A DNA stretch of 64,000 nucleotides, from the NCBI GenBank assembly GCA_049322915.1, contig JBMOPW010000007.1, positions 308,246-372,245 of the forward strand, in the 5' to 3' direction. The notes below the pieces were generated by a model, which worked only from the letters and a program-made list of their open reading frames with translations, made no database searches and was not told the origin of the DNA. Both the position numbers and the translations under genes were made by a program. Below, in pieces: positions 9,770 to 19,918 of the stretch. How positions within the stretch are numbered: position 1 is the stretch's first letter; each line of letters opens with the position of its first letter. This DNA is from Candidatus Zhuqueibacterota bacterium. GTDB taxonomy: Bacteria > Zhuqueibacterota > Zhuqueibacteria > Thermofontimicrobiales > Thermofontimicrobiaceae.

Positions 9770-11647
9770 CTATTCGAATCGGAAAGTGAACAGTGGGTAA
9801 TTGCCCGATTCCGTCGAGACTTCAACCGCAAGATCGCGCTGCCCCTCAGACGCCGGCGCTGGATTGTCAATGAAGAGCGCGTCGCAAATCACGGCATTGA
9901 CAGGCCAATCTTGCAGGGCGAATCGGCCAAACACCGGCTGATGCGTCAACTCGTGGCTCCTGCCATCCATCGTAACGACCAGTTGAATACCCCTACCTGA
10001 TCTCCATGTCTCAGATTTTTCCCAATAGATGCGAAAATACGCTTGCCGGGAGTCAATGTAAATCGGCTTCCAGCCGCGACATGTGATGCCGTCGCCCAAA
10101 TCGCTGGTGACTACCGGACGTGTCTCTTGCGGCAATTCATCGGAAATCGCCCATTGCGCGAAGCTTTCCCGGGGATCGACATGCCGCTGCATGCAGAAAA
10201 TATCATCCTGCTCAAAGAGCAATCCCAACGAGGTATCGCTGAGGGCGGAGCGAGTGTGGGCGTTCATCGCCGGAACTTTAGCGGTTGGAAATTTCCCCGC
10301 CGGATTCCTGATCTCGACTCCGGGCCGATTCAGTTCAATGCACACGATGTCGACGCTGTCGGCGTGCTGCGGAAAGTGATAGAGATTTTGTCGGGCCGCC
10401 AGGTGCGGTCCCAGACGGGCTGTGGCTGAGACCGAGTGCTCCGGCGCAATGGAACGCAGCTTGCCCGAGAGCGCGATCTGATTTTCCGCGGGCTGCCAGG
10501 TGCGATGAAAGCGCAGAATGGAGTAGTGCCCGGTAGCAAACATCGACGCGACAAGGATTGCGCCTGAAGCGACGAGCAAAATCCGGTGTTTCTTTTCCCC
10601 TGACAGGGAGGGTCGATTCAGTCGCTTCGTGAGATGGGCCAATCCCTGAACTGCGGCTAAAAACAGGAATGGGGTGATGGCTGCCGTGTATTGATATTCG
10701 ATCTGGCGCATGGGCGACCAGTCGCTGAGCAGGTTCAGCAGCAATGTGGGAAGGCAAATCATGAGAATGGCAGGCGCCAGCAGGCACATCCCCAAAAGCG
10801 GCAGGAGCAGTTTGATCAGATACAGCATATTCTCCGCGCTGAACAGCGTGTGCAGGAAATACGCCGGCCGCAGCAGGGGCGCTGTGAACAGCGAGAAAAT
10901 GCCATGGTCGCCCAAATGGCTCCAATTGGATGCCGCGCTTGTCTCACTTAATATTTCCGTCGTCGCAAACAGGTGTCCGCGCAGATAAAATAACATGAGC
11001 CAGATAGCGCCCAGGCTGATGAGCGGCAGACCAATGCGCTTCATCTTTTTGAAAAGAATGGCGTACACGCCCAGCATGAAAACGGCGATGGCGACGTCTT
11101 CGCGGCAGGAGATGGACAACAGCGCGAAGATGATGGTTCCGGATACCGAGCCGCGATCCAGAAAATAAAACGCGTAGAGAAGAAAGGTCGAGGCAAATGT
11201 CAGTCCGTGCAGATCGAATAAATTCGCCCCGTGCAGCGCCGGGTAAAACAGGTAGGCGATGGCGATCAGCACGCCGGACGTTTCGGAAGCAAGCCGTTTT
11301 CGCGCAAAAAGATAAATGGGAAAAACGCCCAGCGCCAGCGTGGCCGTTTGAATGTGCAGCAACAATGGGACAGAATGGAACAGTCGGAAGATCAACGCCA
11401 GCGGCAGGTAAATGAATTCCCAATGAGCCACGGCAATCCGCGACGTGGAAATTCCCATATTAATGCTTTCGTGCAGCACTCGGCCGTGGGCAGTGTTCCA
11501 GATGGACTGGATCATGATGCCGAGGTCCCAAAACGTGGCGTTGAAGCTGAAAAAACGATTGCCCGCCCAGTGGCCAATAATTGCAGTGTAGGCGATGGCG
11601 CTGGCTGAAAGGCCGATCCGCGGGAGCATATTTGTATTTCGTTGCAT
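9770..11647 (-). CDS. DUF2079 family multi-TM membrane protein (GT-C-like) with C-terminal soluble domain
   Basis: WDLGIMIQSIWN, LFDLH, SCRED and YQYTA motifs; many TM segments; start could also be 11629. Confidence 0.78.
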   Translation of the reverse strand: MQRNTNMLPRIGLSASAIAYTAIIGHWAGNRFFSFNATFWDLGIMIQSIWNTAHGRVLHESINMGISTSRIAVAHWEFIYLPLALIFRLFHSVPLLLHIQTATLALGVFPIYLFARKRLASETSGVLIAIAYLFYPALHGANLFDLHGLTFASTFLLYAFYFLDRGSVSGTIIFALLSISCREDVAIAVFMLGVYAILFKKMKRIGLPLISLGAIWLMLFYLRGHLFATTEILSETSAASNWSHLGDHGIFSLFTAPLLRPAYFLHTLFSAENMLYLIKLLLPLLGMCLLAPAILMICLPTLLLNLLSDWSPMRQIEYQYTAAITPFLFLAAVQGLAHLTKRLNRPSLSGEKKHRILLVASGAILVASMFATGHYSILRFHRTWQPAENQIALSGKLRSIAPEHSVSATARLGPHLAARQNLYHFPQHADSVDIVCIELNRPGVEIRNPAGKFPTAKVPAMNAHTRSALSDTSLGLLFEQDDIFCMQRHVDPRESFAQWAISDELPQETRPVVTSDLGDGITCRGWKPIYIDSRQAYFRIYWEKSETWRSGRGIQLVVTMDGRSHELTHQPVFGRFALQDWPVNAVICDALFIDNPAPASEGQRDLAVEVSTESGNYPLFTFRFE

Positions 11648-11700
11648 GGCATTCCTGAAAGTGTGTGAAAGACAAGCGGCCGGAACATCTGCCGGTGCGT

Positions 11701-14019
11701 TCAATGATGCAGGCGAATCCATTTTTGCAGCCGCGTGGGACTCATGACGCCCCATTCGACAAAATACAGCCGGCGTCCGCCCGGCTCGACCGCGATCCCT
11801 TTGATGATGCGCTGCGGCGCCGCAGTGTCGTACAGGTAGTCGATATTATTTCGCCGGGGATCGAATCGGGCCACGGTGTTTTTATCATGCAGCGAGATGA
11901 AAACCCTGCCGGAATCGTCGGTGGCAACCAGCCCCATTCCCACGCCGGATATGGGCAAATCGTCTTTTTTGCGATAGTCCGCCCGCGCGTTCGCCGCAGT
12001 TCCCTGCCAGCAATGCACGGTTCCCTCGGCCTGACAGGCAATGTACACCCGGTCCCCGGCCGGACTCACCGCTATGCCCTGGTTGAGATGGCCGCCGAAA
12101 ATCGGGCTGCCCGATAGCTCATCGAGTCGCGAATTAAAAACATGCCAGGCAGGGCCATCCTGTTCAATGACGAAAATCGTCCCGGCAGAATCGACGTCCA
12201 ATTCGCCAGGGAAAAAGGTAACCTGTTTCACAAGTTCGGCTTTACCGGTGAAACTGTTTATTTTGGCCAGGAGCCCTTTGTTGGCGTACAGCGCGAGCCA
12301 GATCGCGCCGGTCGCATCGCAGGCAATCCCGGTCACATTCGTGACCGGAATGGGCGCATTGCCCGGGACGTACAACTGCCGGATCGGCGAGATGGCGGAT
12401 TCCCTTCCGTTCGGGTCAATAATCCGCACCTGATTGCTGCCGCGCTCTGCCACCCAGATTCTATTCTGCAAATCGACATCCGCATATTCAGCATTCTGCA
12501 ACAGCGGCCCCCATGACTCGAAAAATCGATAGCGCTGCTCCTTCGGCAAAATGGGCATCCGCTGCATCGGGGATAACGCTATCGCAGAATCGGACCCACT
12601 GTGCGACAGCACTTTTATTTGAAAATAAATTTCTTGTATTTCGTCGGGATTGGGAACAGGCAGCGTGGTTTTCCAGTCCGTACTATTTCGTTCGAACAGC
12701 GATTGCCGGATACTGTTGTTCGGGAACGGCCGGTCGCTCCACAGCAACCACGGTTGAATGAGCTGTTGCGCAGGAAGGTCTGAGCCGATCAGGGTGCACG
12801 TCACGGTCGCTGTCTGGCCCGGCGCTGGCAGGTCCGGAAGCCAGGCAATGCTGTCGATTCTCACCTCAGCCATGTGATTTTCCGGCCAGGTCAATTTCGG
12901 TGCAGTCTGACGGTAAATCTGATTCTTCAGAATTCTGACCGACTGAGTGTTGCCGTTATCGAAAAGATCTTTCCAGGCGAAAAGACAATGGCCGTTCAGC
13001 CCAGCCTGGCGGGAGTAATAGACCTGCTCCAGCAGCGCAGCGTTATTCGCCACAATCATTCCGGGGTAGACAGGGATGGCGCCGGCAAGATCGGAATAGC
13101 TTTTCACGAGGCGCCGGAACAGCGTCATGTGTGGTGTGTAAATCATGGGCACGATGAAATCGACGATGCCCTGTCTGAGCCATGTTTCCACGTCCTGGAA
13201 ATAGAGAAATTTTCCCATGTGTAAATTTTTGACTACAGCGCAGGAAACGGCAATGTCCTTTGGTCCGGCGTGGGCGAGCGAGTAAATTTTTGTCAGCAAC
13301 TCCGTGATGGCGTCGCGGCGGAAGTCATCCCATGCGTCCGAATCCGCCCGGGGATCGGATCCGTGGCGCTGGAGAAAGCGGAGGATCGATTCCTCGTCAT
13401 AGGAATAGCCCGGCCCGGGATAGCGGATGTAATCCAGATGCAGCCCATCAATGGCATAGCCGTCGATGATCTCCTCCACTAATTTCAGCAAATGCGCCTG
13501 CACCCGGGGATGCGTGGGCGAGAGCCAGAAATAATGATCATGGCCCGCCTGCGGCCGCTGTTCTTCATCGATGACGAACCATTCCGGATGGGCTCGATAC
13601 AGGGATGAAGCGTTCTCAGCGAGGGAATTGCCATTGCTGCCGGGATAGACGTTCATCCAGGCGTGAAGCTGCAAGCCCAGTTCGCGCGCGTAATGGACGG
13701 CTGTCGCCAATGGGTCCCATGAGGAATCGGAGCGGCTGTTCAACCAGCCAGAGGGCTCAATCGTCGAGCGAAAATAGACCGAGCCGGCCCCGCGGATTTG
13801 AAAGAAAATCGTATTGAAGTGATGCTCCCGGGCCAGGGCGAAAATGCGGGCAATGTCGCCGGGCGAAGAAAAATCCCAGCGGGTGACCCAGAGACCGCGG
13901 AGTTCCGCGTCCCCGGCATCGGTTTCCCGGCAGAATCCCGGCGTTTGCGGAAACGGGCCGGGAAGTAATGCGATTGACAGTAACAGTGCCAGGAAGAGAG
14001 ACTGATTCTTTGTGTTCAT
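11701..14019 (-). CDS. glycoside hydrolase-like 10 family protein (YddW/DigH-like) with C-terminal beta-propeller-like region
   Basis: ELRGLWV, WDPLA, LQLHAWMN, DGLHLDYIRYP, QD..W...G.VD..VPMIY motifs; NHL-like repeats (IWVAERG, GIAVSPAGDRVY); signal peptide. Confidence 0.85.
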   Translation of the reverse strand: MNTKNQSLFLALLLSIALLPGPFPQTPGFCRETDAGDAELRGLWVTRWDFSSPGDIARIFALAREHHFNTIFFQIRGAGSVYFRSTIEPSGWLNSRSDSSWDPLATAVHYARELGLQLHAWMNVYPGSNGNSLAENASSLYRAHPEWFVIDEEQRPQAGHDHYFWLSPTHPRVQAHLLKLVEEIIDGYAIDGLHLDYIRYPGPGYSYDEESILRFLQRHGSDPRADSDAWDDFRRDAITELLTKIYSLAHAGPKDIAVSCAVVKNLHMGKFLYFQDVETWLRQGIVDFIVPMIYTPHMTLFRRLVKSYSDLAGAIPVYPGMIVANNAALLEQVYYSRQAGLNGHCLFAWKDLFDNGNTQSVRILKNQIYRQTAPKLTWPENHMAEVRIDSIAWLPDLPAPGQTATVTCTLIGSDLPAQQLIQPWLLWSDRPFPNNSIRQSLFERNSTDWKTTLPVPNPDEIQEIYFQIKVLSHSGSDSAIALSPMQRMPILPKEQRYRFFESWGPLLQNAEYADVDLQNRIWVAERGSNQVRIIDPNGRESAISPIRQLYVPGNAPIPVTNVTGIACDATGAIWLALYANKGLLAKINSFTGKAELVKQVTFFPGELDVDSAGTIFVIEQDGPAWHVFNSRLDELSGSPIFGGHLNQGIAVSPAGDRVYIACQAEGTVHCWQGTAANARADYRKKDDLPISGVGMGLVATDDSGRVFISLHDKNTVARFDPRRNNIDYLYDTAAPQRIIKGIAVEPGGRRLYFVEWGVMSPTRLQKWIRLHH

Positions 14020-14142
14020 ACTGAATTCCAGGGTGCGATAATGTCTTCGGAGACAATTCAGGCTGCCGAATGGGAGGATGACCGCCGTCGCCCGTGACAG
14101 CCTGCTCACTGCGTCAATGTCTCCCAATTAGTGGGCATCGTC

Positions 14143-16026
14143 TCAGGCGTTGCTCTTTTTTCTGCCGAATTCCGGATCAATGGGGAGCAGTTTCGCCAAC
14201 ACAATGCCGGGGATGGTCGAAATGCACACCCAGATGAAAAAGTTGGTGTACCCGATCAACTCCTGAATCCAGCCGCTGATCATGCCGGGAATCATCATGC
14301 CCAGCGCCATGAACCCGGTTGTGATGGCGAAGTGCGCCGTTTTAAATTCGCCCTCGGAGACAAGGATCATGTACAGCATGTAGGCGGCAAATCCGAATCC
14401 GTAGCCAATTTGCTCAATGCCGACGCAGAGATTGATGATGTACAGATTGGCGGTTTGCGTGTAAGCCATATAAATGTAAACCGCGTCCGGGATGTTGATG
14501 GCGAGCGCCATCCACACGATCCATCGCTTCAAGCCATGTCTTGCGGCTAAGAATCCGCCCAGCAGGCCGCCCACAGTCAGCATCAAAATGCCGACGGTGC
14601 CATAAATGAAACCGACCTGTCCGGTGGTGAGCCCTAAACCACCGGTCTCCTGAGAGTCCAGTAAAAAAGGCGAGGCCAACTTGATGAGCTGGGATTCGCC
14701 CAACCGGTAGAGCAGCAGAAAGGCGATGGATAAGCCGATATGTTTTTTCTTGAAAAACAACACAAAGGTATTGCCGAAATCTTTAAAAAAAGAGGACAGG
14801 GATTCGTGTTTGCGGGGCACGTCCGTGGCTGGTCGCGGCAGAACGAAATGATGGTACAGGGAGAAAAGGACGAATAATGCAGCCATGAAGAAAAATGTCA
14901 CCATCCACGACAGGGGGATATTGCCGGCTCTGGCTGCGAAGGACGCGGATGTCTGAGATTTCAATTTTGGATCCAACTGAATGACGGCCATGAGTGGCTT
15001 ATTCCAGTTGGCCTCAGTGAACGTCGCGCGGGTGCCTTCTTTCAGCTCGATGCTTTTGTCGCCGGCCTCCCGGCCAAAATTGACGACGATCTGTTCCCCC
15101 GGTTTCGGCTGTCTGGAAAGATGCAAATACATGACAGCGACATTGCCGGCCGCGGCGTCTGTCACGATGGCCGGCTGCTTTTCGCCAAATGCCTGGCGAA
15201 TGAATGTTTCGATCTTTGTGACAACCACGCGCTGCCACCAGGATTGCTCTGAAGGTGATTGTTTTTTCTGCGCTGCATGATGCTGGCTGTTCGGGAAATT
15301 GGCCGCGTTCCATTCCCGGGCATACGCGACGATGGAATCGGCTTCAGCCCGTGTTCTTTTAACGATTGGAATTTCCAGTTTCTCGGGATGCAGTACCAGC
15401 CGCAGGTCACCATCCAGCGGTTGAAAAGTCAGTCTATCCGGCGCGATGGGCTGTTGAACAACAGTCTGCTGGACGGATTCGACGCGCAGGTTGACGCCGG
15501 GCAGGCCACTGTGGCTTTCGAGATAGCCGGCGAGAATGACCAGAAGTCCCTGGCCGGTCAACATGGCGAATCGGTAAAATGTGCTGCGCACGCCGACGAA
15601 CCAGGCCTGTTGGTGCTGGGTCAATCCCAGCATGTAAAATCCATCGGCGGCGATATCGTGCGTCGCTGAACTGAACGCCATCAGCCAGAAAAATGCCAGC
15701 GTGAACTGGAAGAAGCGGGCGACCGGAATGGTGAACGCGACGCAGGCCAGGCAGGCGCCAATGAAAAGCTGCATGCCTATGATCCAGAGCCGTTTGGTTC
15801 GGAACAGGTCGACAATGGGACTCCAGATCGGTTTGATGACCCACGGCAGGTAAAGCCAGCTTGTGTACAGTGCAATATCCGTATTGGAAATTCCCATGCG
15901 TTTGTACATGATCACTGAGATAGTCATGACGACAATGTAGGGTATTCCTTCGGCATAATAGAGGCTCGGTACCCAGACCCACGGAGATAACGAGTTTGAA
16001 GCTTTTTGAGTTGCGGTTTTCGCCAT
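14143..16026 (-). CDS. AmpG-like MFS permease with a ~190-aa soluble insertion
   Basis: YYAEGIPY, LPWVIKPIWSP.VD, SATHDIAADGFY and LLYRLGE motifs. Confidence 0.88.
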   Translation of the reverse strand: MAKTATQKASNSLSPWVWVPSLYYAEGIPYIVVMTISVIMYKRMGISNTDIALYTSWLYLPWVIKPIWSPIVDLFRTKRLWIIGMQLFIGACLACVAFTIPVARFFQFTLAFFWLMAFSSATHDIAADGFYMLGLTQHQQAWFVGVRSTFYRFAMLTGQGLLVILAGYLESHSGLPGVNLRVESVQQTVVQQPIAPDRLTFQPLDGDLRLVLHPEKLEIPIVKRTRAEADSIVAYAREWNAANFPNSQHHAAQKKQSPSEQSWWQRVVVTKIETFIRQAFGEKQPAIVTDAAAGNVAVMYLHLSRQPKPGEQIVVNFGREAGDKSIELKEGTRATFTEANWNKPLMAVIQLDPKLKSQTSASFAARAGNIPLSWMVTFFFMAALFVLFSLYHHFVLPRPATDVPRKHESLSSFFKDFGNTFVLFFKKKHIGLSIAFLLLYRLGESQLIKLASPFLLDSQETGGLGLTTGQVGFIYGTVGILMLTVGGLLGGFLAARHGLKRWIVWMALAINIPDAVYIYMAYTQTANLYIINLCVGIEQIGYGFGFAAYMLYMILVSEGEFKTAHFAITTGFMALGMMIPGMISGWIQELIGYTNFFIWVCISTIPGIVLAKLLPIDPEFGRKKSNA

Positions 16027-16104
16027 TTCAGCTCTCCGATCTGCCAGTTTAATGAGATGTATTTTCGATGGGAAGTAATTTGTTCGCTGCGAAAAAGAAG
16101 TCTG

Positions 16105-16133
16105 AATATAGTAGATTCTATTAAATTATGCAA
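16105..16133 (-). promoter_or_regulatory. putative sigma70 promoter for the AmpG-like gene
   Basis: TTGCAT-N17-TATATT on the minus strand. Confidence 0.45.
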
Positions 16134-16274
16134 GAGAATTGTCAGTGTTCACGAAGCGGCTGGTGAGAGATTTGGTATGCGCCGGCTGCTTCCGGACTTT
16201 GCGCAATAATAGGGGAGAACGGTTGGCAATAAATTTTCGGAATGCGACGAGTTCGACAGGCATGATTATAAACG

Positions 16275-16307
16275 AAAAAGACCGCAGGCGATGGGCCCAT
16301 GCGGTCT
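16275..16307 (-). terminator. Rho-independent terminator after the DUF151 gene
   Basis: AGACCGCA...TGCGGTCT stem followed by a T-run on the minus strand. Confidence 0.65.
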
Positions 16308-16339
16308 GAATATATTTTCACGTCATTGACGAAAGTGGG

Positions 16340-16912
16340 TTATGTCTGGTGTCGCTCGTTTTTCAGTCCGATAATTTCGTCGCGAATTCGCGCGGCATCT
16401 TCGAATCGTTCTTCGCGTACTGCTTTTTGAAGCAGGATGTTCAACTCTTCTAACTGGTCGACATCGCTGATCGGCCGCTCCACTTCGCCGATGATATCTT
16501 CCTCTGAAGGCTGTTCCAGCACGGCGGCGCGTTTCATCACGCTCTCCTCGACGTAGATCGGCGCCTGCATTCGCAGGGCCAGGGCGATGGCGTCGCTGGG
16601 ACGCGCGTCGATGTCCTGGGAAGCGCCGTTGCTCTTCAGGCTGATGGATGCATAATAGGTATTTTCACGCAAATCATTGACGACAATTCGGGTCACCTGG
16701 ACTTTGATGGAATTGAGCAGGTTCTTCATCAGGTCATGTGTCAGGGGACGAGGCGGGCTAATTTTTTCAAGCTGTAATGCAATCGCCTGGGCCTCTGTCG
16801 ATCCTACCACAATCGGGAGCCAACGACCATGGATGTCGTCTTTGAGAATGACGACAAATCGGTTGGTGGATGTGTCTAAGGTGACTCTATCTACTCTGAC
16901 TGCAACCAGCAT
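16340..16912 (-). CDS. bifunctional nuclease family protein (DUF151) with C-terminal UVR domain
   Basis: LPIVVG.TEAQAIA, RPLTHDL, DARPSDAIALA, and AVREERFEDAARIRDEI (UVR); strong RBS. Confidence 0.92.
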   Translation of the reverse strand: MLVAVRVDRVTLDTSTNRFVVILKDDIHGRWLPIVVGSTEAQAIALQLEKISPPRPLTHDLMKNLLNSIKVQVTRIVVNDLRENTYYASISLKSNGASQDIDARPSDAIALALRMQAPIYVEESVMKRAAVLEQPSEEDIIGEVERPISDVDQLEELNILLQKAVREERFEDAARIRDEIIGLKNERHQT

Positions 16913-16999
16913 GTGATGATTCCCTCCTCTCCTGTAAAAGGATACTCTCAGGCCCAAAAGTGCGGCATGCCCACGAATTTCCAGCTTTTTGGTTACTTA

Positions 17000-17028
17000 A
17001 TTATATAAAATTAATTGGCAACTGTCAA
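17000..17028 (-). promoter_or_regulatory. consensus sigma70 promoter for the DUF151 gene
   Basis: Perfect TTGACA-N17-TATAAT on the minus strand. Confidence 0.8.
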
Positions 17029-17223
17029 GTGAAATTTTAAAAAAGTTTTGACATAAACCGGTGATAATTTTTTTGAAAAATGATCAGTTTGCACACCGGA
17101 GGGCTGACGATCCCCAACCAGGGAGAACTGTTTTTCAATTGTAAACAATGTCATTGCCAGGCACACGGGAAATGCCGGTACGTTCATCAGTTCGGGACGC
17201 TGCCAGCCCAACATCGCGGAGGA

Positions 17224-18123
17224 TTATTTCTCTTTTTTGGCGATTGAAACCAGCGTTGGCGTCACATCCACCAGCGAGTTGATGGGCTCAATGATTTTCT
17301 CTTTCAGCGGTCCCCAAACCATGAGAGGCACCTTGTTGTTAGTGTGCGTTTTGACGCTCAGATCTTCGATATTGCCGTGATCGCTGGTGATGAGCACCGT
17401 GGTGGTTGTCAAATCGGTATGGTTGAAAAAGGCGTGAAGAAATTGTTCAATTTCAAAAAGCAGCGTCACTGATTTGGACCTGTGCTGGGCATGCCCGGCT
17501 GTATCGGTCTTGAAATATTCATACAGGCAGAAATCGTACTGCTGGCTGCATTGAACCAGTATTCTTCCGGCGGTTTCAGGCGTGAATTCGGGTACATTGA
17601 ATCCTTTGCGGAGCAACTCGTGATTGGTAAAATCATGATAGATTGCCCGCTTGGCGCGCAAATCATCGAAGCTGAAGAAGGGCAGACCGGCTTTCCAGTT
17701 CGCAATGCTGGTTGTGGAAAGAAACCGCAGCAGCGCATCCGGACCCATCTTAAAAAAAATCGGTCGATAGACATTGATGAATGCCGCGCGCTTTCCCTGG
17801 TCTTTGAACTGTTTCAGAATGGAGTGTTCCGCCAGCACGGCGCGAAGCTGGTTATTGGGGAAACCGCTCAAATGTTTCCCGATGAGGCGGGATGCATTTT
17901 TTCCGGTGAACAGGGCTGTTTGTCCTGTGGCGCTTTGGGGTAAACCATCGACACCCAATTGCGCATCGATTGGCTTCACCAGCCCGCTGTAAATGGTCGC
18001 TTTGGGATAGGAGTCGGTGGTGAAATGATTGAAAAATTGCAAGCCGGGAACGGCGCAGGGATTTTTCGCGTTATCGTCAGCGCCGATTCCGAGTCCGTCA
18101 ATGAAAATGAATACGATCCGCAA
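17224..18123 (-). CDS. alkaline-phosphatase-superfamily metalloenzyme (iPGM/phosphopentomutase-like core)
   Basis: FIDGLG, PQSATGQT, D.AGH, SDHGN and HTNNKVP metal-ligand motifs; TTG start. Confidence 0.82.
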   Translation of the reverse strand: MRIVFIFIDGLGIGADDNAKNPCAVPGLQFFNHFTTDSYPKATIYSGLVKPIDAQLGVDGLPQSATGQTALFTGKNASRLIGKHLSGFPNNQLRAVLAEHSILKQFKDQGKRAAFINVYRPIFFKMGPDALLRFLSTTSIANWKAGLPFFSFDDLRAKRAIYHDFTNHELLRKGFNVPEFTPETAGRILVQCSQQYDFCLYEYFKTDTAGHAQHRSKSVTLLFEIEQFLHAFFNHTDLTTTTVLITSDHGNIEDLSVKTHTNNKVPLMVWGPLKEKIIEPINSLVDVTPTLVSIAKKEK

Positions 18124-18288
18124 GAATTATCCGTCGTTTTGTGTGATGTTGATTCAGGATCCGATTTGTTTGGGAATGAATAGTTCATTAACGTTGAGCG
18201 CAGCGGACCGAGCTATATGAAGCAAGGGCGGCAGGTCATCCCCCCGGACCAGGCAGCCTGCACTCAAACGCATGCCGGACATTGTCCG

Positions 18289-19899
18289 TCAATACAGCGA
18301 CTGAATCGATGTATTTTGATAATAGTGGTTGAGTATCTGTTTATAGTTCTGGCCTTTGAGCGCCATCATGGCCGCGCCGGTCTGGCACATTCCGACACCG
18401 TGTCCCCAGCCGGCGCCTTTGAAAATAAAGTCGTTTCCGTCCCTGTCCACGACGAAACAGGAACTGTACAAATAGGTGGGGGAGAGCGCTCGCCGAATTT
18501 CCAGTTCCTTTTCGATGACGATGGTCCTGACCGAACCGCGAATCTCTATTTTTTTCAGTCGTCCCGAAACACCCCGTTCCAGCGGGACGATCTGATTGAC
18601 GCTGCCGATGGTCTGGCCGGTTTTCTCGGCGATGATGCGACTCAATTCATCCCGTGTATATCGCGCCTGCCAGCGAAAATATTTTTTGGTGTAATTGAGA
18701 ACTTCGGGCACTTCGCCTCTGGTGGTGTTGCAATAGACATCCGGGCTGCTTTCGATCCACTGGCGGACACGGTTTTCGTCCTGCAGAAAATCCACCGGCA
18801 GCCGGCCGCTATAGGGCGAATCAAACACGCCGCGCAGGAAAGGCTGCGCATCGCCGTTCCACACATTTTCGTTGTGCTCGGAATGACCACCGCAGACGCC
18901 GGCGTAGAACGCTTCGCAAATGGCGCCCTCGAACATCAGCACCTGGCCTCGCGTTTGGGCCACGGCTTCATTGATCAACGGCGATTCCTTTTTCACGCCG
19001 CCATACACATGGCAGTGAACTTCGTCGCAGAGATCAAATGGCTCCAGCCGATGCTGTTTGCCGATCCGGGACAGGGAAAAGCCACGGGCGGTGACGGCCT
19101 GTGCTTTCAACGCTTCCAATGGAAATTCCGGATGCATTTCCGAACCGACCACGCCCTTCAAATATTCCTCCATCGGGAGGATGTTGACGACGGTGATTTT
19201 CCCGAAACGATCGAGCCAGAATTCTAACTGCCCCTTGTAGCTGCGCTCGGCATCGCCCTCGAAATGATAGCCTTCGCCGGTCTTGACCTGAATGGTGAAG
19301 AGGTTGCCCCGAATGCGGATGAATCCCTGGGACGAGAAGCGCTGGCCAGTCGCGTCATTGGTCAGGACGATTTCGCCAGCCGGCCGTTTTTCGAGGAAGA
19401 TGAGAATGGTCGTGGCCACCTTGTTTTGAATCGATTGCTGGTAGCTTTTAGCCGCGGGCTCAGAATCGAATACCGTGTTCAGCAGAACCTGATACGAGGT
19501 GACCGGGCCAAATTTCCCCTCGCGGAAAATGTGTTTGGTCACCGTATGGGTGATGGACGCGAAGCCAAGCTGCTTTAGCTCCGCGACCAGCCGCTCAGCC
19601 ACTTCAGGATAGAACACTTCGCGATACAGCAGGCCGTAGCGGAGATTGGTTGGCGTTGCATTTTCAACGGAGACATGCCATTTTGCGGCGTTCTGACCCT
19701 GGCTGATTTCCTGTTCGTATTGATCGAAAATGTCGATTGGGCCATCCGAGATGAGCGAGATGCCATCCTGCTTTTCGACAATGCCGACTCGAATCGTCGG
19801 GCCTTTGTCGGAGATGTAGGTGGGCAGGGGACCGATGGCGCACTGAAGCAGAATTGCCAGCAGCGCGTAGCCGATGAATAGGATGTATTTTGTTTTCAC
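18289..19899 (-). CDS. SpoIID/LytB domain lipoprotein (lytic transglycosylase-like) with a SPOR-like segment
   Basis: EEYLKGVVGSEM, EALKAQAVTAR, GWGHGVGMCQ.GA, ILNHYY; lipobox-like LLQC. Confidence 0.9.
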   Translation of the reverse strand: MKTKYILFIGYALLAILLQCAIGPLPTYISDKGPTIRVGIVEKQDGISLISDGPIDIFDQYEQEISQGQNAAKWHVSVENATPTNLRYGLLYREVFYPEVAERLVAELKQLGFASITHTVTKHIFREGKFGPVTSYQVLLNTVFDSEPAAKSYQQSIQNKVATTILIFLEKRPAGEIVLTNDATGQRFSSQGFIRIRGNLFTIQVKTGEGYHFEGDAERSYKGQLEFWLDRFGKITVVNILPMEEYLKGVVGSEMHPEFPLEALKAQAVTARGFSLSRIGKQHRLEPFDLCDEVHCHVYGGVKKESPLINEAVAQTRGQVLMFEGAICEAFYAGVCGGHSEHNENVWNGDAQPFLRGVFDSPYSGRLPVDFLQDENRVRQWIESSPDVYCNTTRGEVPEVLNYTKKYFRWQARYTRDELSRIIAEKTGQTIGSVNQIVPLERGVSGRLKKIEIRGSVRTIVIEKELEIRRALSPTYLYSSCFVVDRDGNDFIFKGAGWGHGVGMCQTGAAMMALKGQNYKQILNHYYQNTSIQSLY

Positions 19900-19918
19900 T
19901 TCATTCCTCTCACTGAAT

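Noticed and set aside
18217..19227. 336-aa plus-strand ORF
   Set aside because: Antisense to the well-supported SpoIID gene
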